Shown here: positions 33,127 through 42,004 of the stretch, piece after piece
Layout: the number at the start of each line of letters is the position of its first letter
Numbering within the stretch: the stretch's first letter is position 1
Assembly (NCBI GenBank): GCA_013333595.2
Contig: JABCON020000002.1
Span: 16,849-80,848 of the forward strand
Reading direction: 5' to 3'
DNA: 64,000 bases
Source: Candidatus Saccharimonadota bacterium
GTDB taxonomy: Bacteria; Patescibacteriota; Saccharimonadia; Saccharimonadales; Saccharimonadaceae
Translations under genes and position numbers: made by a program
The notes under the pieces: generated by a model
The model's database searches: none
The model's input: the letters and a program-made list of their open reading frames with translations, nothing else
What the model was told of the DNA's origin: nothing

Positions 33127-33153
33127 TTCTAGAACGTTCCTTTTCTTACTGTG

Positions 33154-34458
33154 TTATGATTTTCTATCAAGTACGACCACATGCTCTATATGGGGTGTAC
33201 GGGGGAAGAAATTGAACCCTTGGTGGGCACGAATGCCATAGCCAGTTGCCAGGAGCGCGACATCGCGGGCCTGAGTAACCGGGTTGCAGCTCAGGTAGAC
33301 AATCCGTGGCGGCCGGGTGGCGAGTAGCCGTTCGATCACGGCTGTGTGTAGGCCGGCCCGGGGTGGATCCACAATGATTGTTTTGCCAGGCTGAATATAA
33401 TCAAGCGCTTGCTCACTAGCGGCCAGCACGGCGGTCGCACTGCCCTGCCGGCCAAGCTCGGTAATGGTAGCCTTCATTTGCTGCACAGCAGCCGGGTTGA
33501 GCTCAATCAGCGTTACGTCATCACCACCAATCGTCAGGCCAATGCTCCCTACGCCGGCGTACATATCAACCACTGGTGCGCCTGGCTCGGCCACCCATGG
33601 CTGCATGTAGCGTAGGGCTTGTTCGTAGAGGGGCACGTTAACCTGGAAGAAGCCATGATTGGTGTAGCAAAAAGGAACGCCAAGAATAGTATCGGTCAGG
33701 GTGTAGGTACCCCAGGCTTGCAGTTGTGTGGTTAGGACGCTGGCTGGGCTTTTGGGGTTAGAATAGATAAGCTCAAACCCGGTTGCACCAGTTGCGCGTA
33801 GTTCGGCTGGGGTAAAGGCAGGGAAATCCTCTTCCTTAACATACAGGCCAGCCGTGACGCGCCCGGCTTGGTCGCAGCGCAGTAGTATGGTTTTGAGCGC
33901 CCGGGCTTCAACCCCCCGCTGGCGGAGAACATCGCGCACCTGGCGGGCTACGTGGTTGATATTAGCCCGTGCTAGGCTGGTGCCATCCACCGGCACCTTA
34001 CCCTTGCCACCCCGTTTAAAAAAGGCTAGATCCAGCTGGTTCTTGTCGGTATCCCACCACCAGCTAAATTCTACCTTGTTGCGGTATTCGTACATTTGCC
34101 CATCTGTCTGCACGGTGATTGGGTCTGGCAGTACAATATTGTGGAGCTCAAAGGCTTCTTCAATCAAGGCGGCTTTGTAGTGGCTTTCGCGCTCGGGGGC
34201 CATAATTTGCCACGGGCTAGTGCTGAGGTAGCTTGCTGCATCCCGCGGTGTGGTGCGTTCTGAGCTTGAGGTAGTAATATCAATCGCAATGCCTTCTGCG
34301 TAGTTTGATTTGCGCTTGGTCTGCTGAATAGTCGCGACTTCGCCGGGCAGAGCGCCCCAGGCAAATATCTTTTTACCACTTGGCAATGTGCCAATGGCTT
34401 GGCCACCACCAACCAAGCTGGTGAGGTGGACATCGTGGTGCAGAACGGGTCGTTTCAT
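33154..34458 (-). CDS. TrmA/RlmD-family RNA m5U methyltransferase
   Basis: GALPGE, YRNKVEF, FFQVN, DMYAGVGSIG, VDPPRAGL, YLSCNPVT, FFPRTPHIE. Confidence 0.93.
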   Translation of the reverse strand: MKRPVLHHDVHLTSLVGGGQAIGTLPSGKKIFAWGALPGEVATIQQTKRKSNYAEGIAIDITTSSSERTTPRDAASYLSTSPWQIMAPERESHYKAALIEEAFELHNIVLPDPITVQTDGQMYEYRNKVEFSWWWDTDKNQLDLAFFKRGGKGKVPVDGTSLARANINHVARQVRDVLRQRGVEARALKTILLRCDQAGRVTAGLYVKEEDFPAFTPAELRATGATGFELIYSNPKSPASVLTTQLQAWGTYTLTDTILGVPFCYTNHGFFQVNVPLYEQALRYMQPWVAEPGAPVVDMYAGVGSIGLTIGGDDVTLIELNPAAVQQMKATITELGRQGSATAVLAASEQALDYIQPGKTIIVDPPRAGLHTAVIERLLATRPPRIVYLSCNPVTQARDVALLATGYGIRAHQGFNFFPRTPHIEHVVVLDRKS

Positions 34459-34496
34459 GCTGTTTATTATAGCACTCGCTGCAGGGCGTTGCCTGG

Positions 34497-34525
34497 TTGA
34501 CTTTTTAACATAATTATGATACCAT
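34497..34525 (+). promoter_or_regulatory. sigma70-type promoter
   Basis: TTGACT-17 nt-TACCAT with extended TG. Confidence 0.65.
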
Positions 34526-34602
34526 GTAACAATACGTTTGCAAGCACGTCAAGCGGCTATGTATGCAATAAATTTAGCTAAAATGCGGAGAATAAACGAA
34601 CA

Positions 34603-36522
34603 ATGACAACAGCCCACGCCCCAGAAGCGCCAGCAGCAAAACCAAGCCTTGATGAGTCGATCAAGACCCTACGCAGCGAGCTAGCCACCAGCCCGCAGGA
34701 TGACCAAGCCTACTACGACGAGCGCTTTAACGCTCTGGTAGAAGAGCATGGCCTGAGCGCTGATTTGTGCCTAGCCTTTGCCGGCGTGGAGCGTGATTTT
34801 CGCTCGCCTGGTAGCCTCGCTGCAAAGCTACAGCAGGATCTTGCCCCCCTGCCCCCAGCAGAATCAGCCCCTGCAAGTGCCCGCCGCCGTATGCGCGCCA
34901 TGGGCCGGGCAGCTCTGAACAAAATTGGCCTGATGGGCCAGAGCTTGCAGCGCACGGTGCAATCTGTGCGCGAGCAGTACACCACCAAGGGTAAGCACGA
35001 AAAGCCAGCTAGCCATAAACTACGCCTTAAGTTTGCTGGCGCTGTCATGGGCCTAATGGGCGTTGGCGCAGCTGCGACTGGCCTCGGCGGGAGCCACGAG
35101 CTACCGCGCCAGGAGCATAGCTACAGTGCCGAGCAAGCAAGCGATGACACCACGGCGCATGGTGGCCCAATTGAGCTTGCTAGCCACAAGGTGCTGATTG
35201 GTGGTATGGGTGATAAGACTGGCCAGTTCCTGCGCTCGGTGATGGCCGCTGGTGGCGAAAATATGGCCGGCGCTAGCTTGGTAGAATACCCAGCCTCGGC
35301 CGCACCAATTGGTGGCGTTGATACCTTTGACCAATCTGTTACCAAGGGTTCAGAAGCAGCTTATAATGTCATCCAAGCTGAGCGTGCTGCCGGTAACCCC
35401 GTCGACATTAGCGCCTATTCCCAGGGTACGGTGGTGCTGCAGCGAACGCTAGAACGCCTGCGCCAAGAAAACGGTGGCAACCTACCACCAGATGTGCATG
35501 CTACCTATTTTGCAAGCCCGAACACGCCACATACAGGGCTGTATAATGCAGGTTTATTCCAGGCGGCCAAGCCAGTGCTCGGCCCGCTTGGTGCCCAAAA
35601 GGAGCTAGAAGATTACCCGCTGCAGCCAGGCACAGCTACTGCAGCTATGACGACTGATGTGGTGGCCAATAGTGCCAATCGCCCCCTTACCACGCAGCTA
35701 AGTTTGGCACTTGGCTATGCGTTTGGCGATGGCCACGCTAAGCCAAGCCAGGCAGATATTGCCGATACAACCCGCACCACGACGCGCCAGATTGATGGCG
35801 TTACCGTGCACTCCGTCAAGCCTATTGGTACCCAAACAGCTGCCCTGCGCGCCGCCGAGCAGCATGGTATGCTGGTGACCCCAACGGCCGATAAATTTGG
35901 CCAAGCCCTTGCCCCACAGGGTGATGTTGGTGGCGAAAACCCTGGTGTTAATATGGATGAAGTCGTCAAAACTGGTGCTCAGCTGATCGACGAGACGGCT
36001 CAGTTCCACGGTATGGCTAACCCGCACCTGGCGGAGGCAGCTGCCAACGTGCAGGGCCTCGGCCAGATTGGTCAGGGCGAAGTCAATAGTGATACCAACC
36101 AAGGCGGTGGCGAACCGGCTCAGGATATCGCTAGCCAGGTAGTGGCCGGTATAAATCAAGCTAACGAGGCCGTGCAAGCTGCCCAGGGCGAGGCAGTTGG
36201 CAGTAGCGAGCAAGTGTACGCTGCCAGCGATATCGCCAGCCAAGTGCAGGCCGCCGGTGAGCAGTTCCAAGTAGCCAGCGAGCAAGTTCAGCAGCAGGTT
36301 GATGCCTTTATTGGCGCGCAGGCCCCGCAGGGTGACTATTACCAGGCTCCTGCCGCCGCACCGGTGCAGGAGGCCCCAGCGCCTGTTATTGCCCCAATTG
36401 AAGTGCCGCAGGAATTTGCTGGCCAGGTCCCGCAAGAGGCCCAGAATGCAGTCAATGCTGCTAACCAAGCGATTAACGATATTAATAACGCCGCCGCTAA
36501 CTTCCAGATTCCGCGCTTGTAG
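34603..36522 (+). CDS. membrane-anchored PE-PPE/cutinase-like serine hydrolase with Q/A/P-rich C-terminus
   Basis: IGGMGD, VEYPAS...FDQSVTKG, AYSQG elbow, ASPNTP..G, DVVAN, GDGH; TM segment near aa 143-161. Confidence 0.75.
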   Translation: MTTAHAPEAPAAKPSLDESIKTLRSELATSPQDDQAYYDERFNALVEEHGLSADLCLAFAGVERDFRSPGSLAAKLQQDLAPLPPAESAPASARRRMRAMGRAALNKIGLMGQSLQRTVQSVREQYTTKGKHEKPASHKLRLKFAGAVMGLMGVGAAATGLGGSHELPRQEHSYSAEQASDDTTAHGGPIELASHKVLIGGMGDKTGQFLRSVMAAGGENMAGASLVEYPASAAPIGGVDTFDQSVTKGSEAAYNVIQAERAAGNPVDISAYSQGTVVLQRTLERLRQENGGNLPPDVHATYFASPNTPHTGLYNAGLFQAAKPVLGPLGAQKELEDYPLQPGTATAAMTTDVVANSANRPLTTQLSLALGYAFGDGHAKPSQADIADTTRTTTRQIDGVTVHSVKPIGTQTAALRAAEQHGMLVTPTADKFGQALAPQGDVGGENPGVNMDEVVKTGAQLIDETAQFHGMANPHLAEAAANVQGLGQIGQGEVNSDTNQGGGEPAQDIASQVVAGINQANEAVQAAQGEAVGSSEQVYAASDIASQVQAAGEQFQVASEQVQQQVDAFIGAQAPQGDYYQAPAAAPVQEAPAPVIAPIEVPQEFAGQVPQEAQNAVNAANQAINDINNAAANFQIPRL

Positions 36523-36549
36523 TCTCGCCTATTACTCCGCGTACCATAC

Positions 36550-36582
36550 AACCCCCGCGTACGGATGACCAAGCGGGGGTTT
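36550..36582 (+). terminator. intrinsic terminator
   Basis: AACCCCCGC...GCGGGGGTT. Confidence 0.65.
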
Positions 36583-36625
36583 ATGGTGCCCGGTGGGCCG
36601 CGTGGGTGGTATACTAAAGGCATAT

Positions 36626-38662
36626 ATGCAGGGGAATGAATCGAACCAAGGTGAACGGGGGCCGGATTGGATAGAGGACGACCCGTACCTGGCACCGTAT
36701 CGGGGTCAGCTTGCCGAGCGGAGCCAGCGGCTCCAGGCAGAGCAGCAGCGGCTTGTGGGTAGTACTACTCTGCTAGAGTTTGCCAGCGCTTACCGCTCCT
36801 ATGGCCTGCATACGACGGCTGATGGCTGGGTGCTGCGGGAGTGGGCGCCGGCTGCAACGGCCATCTACCTGGTATGTGATGCTAATGATTGGCGTGATGA
36901 TGAGCGCTACCAGTTCCACCCCGCTCGTGGTCGTGATAGCGGCGACTGGGAGCTGACCATCCCCGCCCAGGCGCTGCATCATGGCAGTAGCTACCGCCTG
37001 CATGTACACTGGCCAGGTGGTAGCGGTTACCGTATTCCGGCCTATGCTGGCTATGTGGTGCAAGACCCATCCACCCATAGCTTCGATGCCCGCGTGTACC
37101 AGCCACCCCGCCCCTACCAGTGGCGCCACACCCGCCCACTCGCCCGTAGGGGCGACGAACCCCTCCGTATTTACGAGGCCCACGTTGGCATGAGCACTGC
37201 CGCACCCACGGTCGCAAGCTACCAGGATTTTACTAACCTGCTGCCACGCATTGCTGGCCTCGGCTACAACGCTATCCAGCTGATGGCCATTGCCGAGCAC
37301 CCGTACTACGCCAGCTTTGGCTACCAAGTGACCAACTTTTTTGCACCGAGCTCGCGCTTTGGTACACCAGATGACCTACGGGCCTTGATTGACGCGGCCC
37401 ATGGCCACGGCTTGCTAGTGATTATGGACCTGGTGCACTCCCACGCTAGCAAAAACCCCACCGAAGGCCTGGTAGATATAGCTGGCCAGCAGGCGCAGTA
37501 CTTTTACCCTGGTAGCAAGGGCCACCACCCGCAGTGGGATTCGCGCTGTTTCGACTACACGCAGCCAAAGGTGCTGGAGTTTTTGCTAAGCAATTGCCGC
37601 TACTGGCTCGAAGAGTTCCAGTTTGATGGTTTCCGCTTTGATGGCGTGACGAGTATGCTATACGACCACCACGGCCTGGGCAAGGATTTTACCAGCTATA
37701 GCGACTACTTTAGCCCGCACACTCACCAAGCGGCGCTCACCTACCTGGCGCTGGCCAACCAGCTGATTCACCAAGTGCTGCCTGGGGCTATTACTATCGC
37801 CGAAGATACCAGCGGCATGCCGGGGCTGGCTGCACCAGTTGAGGAGCCTGGTGGGATTGGGTTTGATTACCGCCTGAGCATGGGAGTGCCAGATATGTGG
37901 ATCCGCCTGCTTGAGGAAGTGCCCGATGAAGCCTGGCCGCTGGGCGATATACTGCACCAGCTGACTCAGCACCGGGCAGAAGAACGCACTATTAGCTACG
38001 CCGAAAGCCACGACCAAGCCTTGGTAGGTGATAAAACGATTAGCTTTCGGCTGATGGGTAGCCTGATGTACACCCATATGCACACCAGTATGCGCCACCC
38101 GCGTATCGAGCGCGGCTTGGCGCTGCATACAATCATTCGTTTGCTGACGGCCAGCACCAACCACGGCGGCACCCTCACCTTTATGGGTAATGAATTTGGC
38201 CACCCAGAGTGGATTGATTTCCCGCGCCAGGGTAATGATTGGTCCTACCACTACGCCCGCCGGCAATGGCACTTGGCAGATGATGATGAGCTATACTACG
38301 CCGCCTTGCAGCGGTTCGAACAGCGTATGAATACTTGGCTTGCCCAGCTGCCACCACATACGCCTATTACCCACCAAGCGGTAAACCAAGCAGATGGCAC
38401 CATAAGCTACCAGCGCGGGCCGTACCTGCTGGCGTATAATCTATCGCCGCAGCAGTCGCAGGTTGGCTACAGTGTGCCAGCACGCCCGGGGCAGTACCAG
38501 GTGGTTTTTAGTACCGATGACGAAGTGTTTGCTGGCCAGCAGCGCATCAGCCATACAGTAACCCACCATAGCCAAACGGCAGCCGATGGTAGCGCCTCTG
38601 TGCAGCTTTACTTACCAGCCCGGACTGGCGTGGTGCTTAGGCGGCTTGGTGCGGAAAAATAA
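36626..38662 (+). CDS. glgB: 1,4-alpha-glucan branching enzyme (GH13)
   Basis: REWAPAA, IYEAHVGM, FGYQVTNFFA, DGFRFDGVTSM, IAED, YAESHDQ, FMGNEFGHPEWIDFPR. Confidence 0.93.
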   Translation: MQGNESNQGERGPDWIEDDPYLAPYRGQLAERSQRLQAEQQRLVGSTTLLEFASAYRSYGLHTTADGWVLREWAPAATAIYLVCDANDWRDDERYQFHPARGRDSGDWELTIPAQALHHGSSYRLHVHWPGGSGYRIPAYAGYVVQDPSTHSFDARVYQPPRPYQWRHTRPLARRGDEPLRIYEAHVGMSTAAPTVASYQDFTNLLPRIAGLGYNAIQLMAIAEHPYYASFGYQVTNFFAPSSRFGTPDDLRALIDAAHGHGLLVIMDLVHSHASKNPTEGLVDIAGQQAQYFYPGSKGHHPQWDSRCFDYTQPKVLEFLLSNCRYWLEEFQFDGFRFDGVTSMLYDHHGLGKDFTSYSDYFSPHTHQAALTYLALANQLIHQVLPGAITIAEDTSGMPGLAAPVEEPGGIGFDYRLSMGVPDMWIRLLEEVPDEAWPLGDILHQLTQHRAEERTISYAESHDQALVGDKTISFRLMGSLMYTHMHTSMRHPRIERGLALHTIIRLLTASTNHGGTLTFMGNEFGHPEWIDFPRQGNDWSYHYARRQWHLADDDELYYAALQRFEQRMNTWLAQLPPHTPITHQAVNQADGTISYQRGPYLLAYNLSPQQSQVGYSVPARPGQYQVVFSTDDEVFAGQQRISHTVTHHSQTAADGSASVQLYLPARTGVVLRRLGAEK

Positions 38663-40397
38663 ACTGTAGGTAATCCTTCAGCATGCGCGCACCAGATATA
38701 ATTGGTACGTAGGCAGTTAGCTGACGCCGAATAGCTGCCGCATAGTCGCTTGGCTGGCGGCACAGCGTAGCAGCCTGCTGCATATGCTGGAACACGCTTT
38801 CCCGGGTGGCTGCATCGGTGCGGCCAGTCACCTGCAGGCACGCCAGTGGCGCTACATCCGCCACGCCACCATCCGCGGTAGAAATCAGCAGTTTAAGATT
38901 AGCGATATCTTTCTCCCACGACGTGCCGCACGCCTCTAGCCCAACCATCGGGATATTAATGGCAATATCCGACCCATAGGCAAGCGCTCGGCTAACCACT
39001 TCGTCATAATCCTGAATATAGTGCACGCGGCGGCGCAAGATAGGGTCAGCATCAATTGTTGCCAGCAGCGCGCTGAGGCGCTCCTGCATAGGGGCATCGT
39101 GTGGGTGGGCGTTGCCAGCTATCAGGTAGTAGGCGTCGGTTGCGTCCAGTAGCTGGGCAAGTTTAGCTGGATCCTGAAACAGCAAATCGGGGCGCTTATA
39201 GTGGGCAAAGCGGCGTTTAAAATCAAAGCTAATAGCACCAGGTGGAATGTAGATTGGCTGGTTGTACTGGTTGCGGCGCTCGGCCAGAATGCTATTCATA
39301 TGGGTGCGGCCGGCAGCGCGGCACGCCAGCACTGCCTCAGTGGGGATGCGAGCCAGTGCTGCCTGGTAATCTGGCGTGGGCATGCCGCAGGCGTCAAGCA
39401 CACCGTGCTGCTGGTAGAGCTGCATGATTTCGGGCAGGACCCAGTGGTGCATATCAATCCCATTCGTCACCGTTGCAAAGCGGACTGGCCGGCCACTACT
39501 ACTGGTAAACTGGGCGGTTTTACTATGCAAGCGCGAGACGCCGTTTTTGGCTTCGGCAAGTTCAATCGCCAGCGTGCTGAGATGGAGCTGCCCATCACGG
39601 CACTGCTGCTCCAGCCAAAGGCGTACACTGGGGCTGCTAATATTGGGGTAAATATATTCCTGGCATTGGCTGGTGGTAAAGCTACTTTCGGCGGCTTGCA
39701 CCAGGGTGTGGTTGGTATAGATGGTGTGTTTGCGCACGTACACTAGGGCTTCGTATAGGTTCATGCCCCCGCGGCAGAGTTCATCCAGCCGGGCAATCGC
39801 CGCAAAAACGGTGGCTGTTTCGTTCAGCTGTATCACGCTCGGCCGCACACCAGCCAGGCGCAGGGCGTTATAGCCGCCAAAGCCAAGCGCAACTTGCTGG
39901 TACAAGCGGTGGTCGCTGCTGGTGCTGCCAGCATAGAGTGCCCCGTAGTTTGGCTCCGATATCGTCAGCAGCCGGGTGCTGCCAATCTGCTTGGTGAACA
40001 CCGCTAGCTGGGCACTGGGGTGGCTGGCAAAATGTATGGGCGTATCCTGAATGTATTGGTAGCCGTGCTCAAGCGGTGTTTGGGTGGTGGTGCTTTGTTC
40101 CTGGTGCCCGCCCTGTAGTGCGGTGTGACTAGTCTGGCGGTAGAATGGCGTTACCACAACGAAGGGCACCTGCAAGCGCTCGGCGATGCGGCGCATATCT
40201 GCAGCCAGAATACCGAGCCCGCCGCCACCTTTGATGCCGTTGGCTTCATCGTAGAACTCCAGCGTCCAGTAGACGTACGGGCGGTGCGCACTCAGCTGCT
40301 TAGCCAGCCGTGTGCGGCAAGTTGCATCGCAAAAGGCGCTAGTGTCCTCGATGCCACTGGGTTGGTTAGTATTTGCTGCCTGTGTGTGTTGTTGCAT
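38637..40397 (-). CDS. glgP: alpha-glucan/glycogen phosphorylase (GT35), short form
   Basis: GGGGLGILAAD, YTNHT, NGVSRLH, VTNGI, RRFAHYKR, EACGTSWEK. Confidence 0.85.
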   Translation of the reverse strand: MQQHTQAANTNQPSGIEDTSAFCDATCRTRLAKQLSAHRPYVYWTLEFYDEANGIKGGGGLGILAADMRRIAERLQVPFVVVTPFYRQTSHTALQGGHQEQSTTTQTPLEHGYQYIQDTPIHFASHPSAQLAVFTKQIGSTRLLTISEPNYGALYAGSTSSDHRLYQQVALGFGGYNALRLAGVRPSVIQLNETATVFAAIARLDELCRGGMNLYEALVYVRKHTIYTNHTLVQAAESSFTTSQCQEYIYPNISSPSVRLWLEQQCRDGQLHLSTLAIELAEAKNGVSRLHSKTAQFTSSSGRPVRFATVTNGIDMHHWVLPEIMQLYQQHGVLDACGMPTPDYQAALARIPTEAVLACRAAGRTHMNSILAERRNQYNQPIYIPPGAISFDFKRRFAHYKRPDLLFQDPAKLAQLLDATDAYYLIAGNAHPHDAPMQERLSALLATIDADPILRRRVHYIQDYDEVVSRALAYGSDIAINIPMVGLEACGTSWEKDIANLKLLISTADGGVADVAPLACLQVTGRTDAATRESVFQHMQQAATLCRQPSDYAAAIRRQLTAYVPIISGARMLKDYLQFIFPHQAA

Positions 40398-40579
40398 GGC
40401 CCCACCTATTCTGCTTGTAGTATGCTAGCATTACGTTTATGCCTATTATAGCGGCCCCTGCCAGCCAGATCAACCAAGCCACGCACGCAGCCTGCACATA
40501 CTTGTAATGAGAGGGGTTATATTATATGCGTGGCACTACTCTGGAAAGCCCAGAGTAACCTAACCGTGAGGAGGTTGCC

Positions 40580-40933
40580 ATGAACATTGGACTAGTCATG
40601 TTTGCAGTTCTTGCTGTCGGTGGCGTCGGAATGGCGCTATACAGTACACTTAAGATCTGGCCTTATCGGCGGCCAGGTGTATTAAGTAAACGAGAAATCC
40701 AAAACGTCCTTATTTGGATGTTTTGGATTTGCTTTTTGGTAGACAAGGGCGTCCCGCTCGCCCTTGATGTGGCTAACGGGCGCTCTGTCGCCCCGGTGCT
40801 CGAAAACCACTTTGGCTGGTTTGGGGTGGCTACTATTACCTTTTTGGTCATGAACGTGCTGGTCACGATTTTTACTAGTCGTGACTTTACTATCACGTGG
40901 CAGCCGCACGACTGTTATGGGCAAGATAGATAA
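40580..40933 (+). CDS. hypothetical membrane protein (orphan, possibly truncated)
   Basis: Three hydrophobic segments, SD GAGGAGG, terminator at 41003-41034. Confidence 0.65.
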   Translation: MNIGLVMFAVLAVGGVGMALYSTLKIWPYRRPGVLSKREIQNVLIWMFWICFLVDKGVPLALDVANGRSVAPVLENHFGWFGVATITFLVMNVLVTIFTSRDFTITWQPHDCYGQDR

Positions 40934-41106
40934 GCTATTAGAATCGGTATAGTTATCGGTTTTAAAAATCGACGGAAGGAGGTAAACACAAACTAGCCCA
41001 TTCCCCCGCTTACCAGAGCGGGGGGTTTCTTTTTCTTTGCTAGGTGGGTGTGGAGTGAAGACGAGCGACATAAAACCGCCCTACAGGAGGGCGGCGTATA
41101 ATATCG

Positions 41107-41181
41107 TGGCTGGGATGGAGGGATTCGAACCCCCGAATGCCAGGACCAAAACCTGGTGCCTTACCACTTGGCGACATCCCA
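41107..41181 (-). tRNA. tRNA-Gln (UUG)
   Basis: TGGGATG/CATCCCA acceptor stem, CCAGG-TTTTGGT-CCTGG anticodon arm, GGTTCGAATCC T-arm, encoded CCA; 75 nt. Confidence 0.97.
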
Positions 41182-41302
41182 GTACTCGTTGCGCTGGCTA
41201 TGCCCTACGCACGGCCGGCAACACTGGTTATTGTAGCACAGGCCAGGTGTGATTACTAGCCCCCGCCCTTGGCCGCACGGTGTAGTGTGCTAGACTAAAA
41301 GC

Positions 41303-41932
41303 ATGGTAACAGTCTATTTGGTGCGCCATGCACAGTCGGTTATGAATACGCGCCGCTTCTTGGTGGGCGGGCGTAGCAACCATACTCCACTGACTCAATG
41401 GGGCCGGCAGCAGGCCACGCTGTGTGGCCAGGCGCTCCGTACTCAGGGGATACAGCCGCAGGTCCTCTATGTTTCGCCTGCCGTGCGCACGCAGCAGACG
41501 GCCCAGTTGCTATTAGCGGGGCTTGGGGTGGATATGCCCATGCATACAGATGACCGCCTGCAAGAACTCAGCCAAGGCAGCTGGACGGGCCGGCCGCGAG
41601 TGCTGGTATATAACCCGGTGACGCTAGCAGCTATTGCAGCCCAGGGGCTCGACTTTGCAGCGCCTGGTGGTGAATCAATGCGTCAGGTTGGCGCGCGTAT
41701 GTATGCGTGGCTGCTGGCCGCCCAGGCACAGGCAGCGCAGCAGGGCCATAGCAGCATTATGGCCGTGACCCATGGTATTGCTATTAAATCTTTGCTTGGC
41801 TATATTGCCGACTGGCCACATGCTAAAATCTACACAACCGAGGTTGCGAATGTCTCCCTGACGCAGCTTGAGTGTCGCGGGCCAGCCCGCCGCGATATAC
41901 GCGTGGTAGCCGTGGGCAAGGCGATGATATAA
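41303..41932 (+). CDS. histidine phosphatase (phosphoglycerate mutase family)
   Basis: YLVRHAQS, SPAVRTQQT, LQELSQGSW, PGGES, VTHG. Confidence 0.9.
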   Translation: MVTVYLVRHAQSVMNTRRFLVGGRSNHTPLTQWGRQQATLCGQALRTQGIQPQVLYVSPAVRTQQTAQLLLAGLGVDMPMHTDDRLQELSQGSWTGRPRVLVYNPVTLAAIAAQGLDFAAPGGESMRQVGARMYAWLLAAQAQAAQQGHSSIMAVTHGIAIKSLLGYIADWPHAKIYTTEVANVSLTQLECRGPARRDIRVVAVGKAMI

Positions 41933-42004
41933 GCCAGCCCGCCCTAAGCTGCACAGGTAAAAATTCAGGCCGCGCCCGTGCCCTACGGCTGCTACGGGGG
42001 CCGC

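Noticed and set aside
34495..34530. dif-like site (TTATGTTAAA on the minus strand)
   Set aside because: No XerC arm at 6-bp spacing; better explained as a promoter spacer
35698..36468. Long antisense ORFs opposite real genes (here and throughout the window)
   Set aside because: Shadow frames expected in GC-rich coding DNA; no motifs or expression signals
40400..41181. Island integrated at tRNA-Gln
   Set aside because: No duplicated tRNA 3' end and no integrase found
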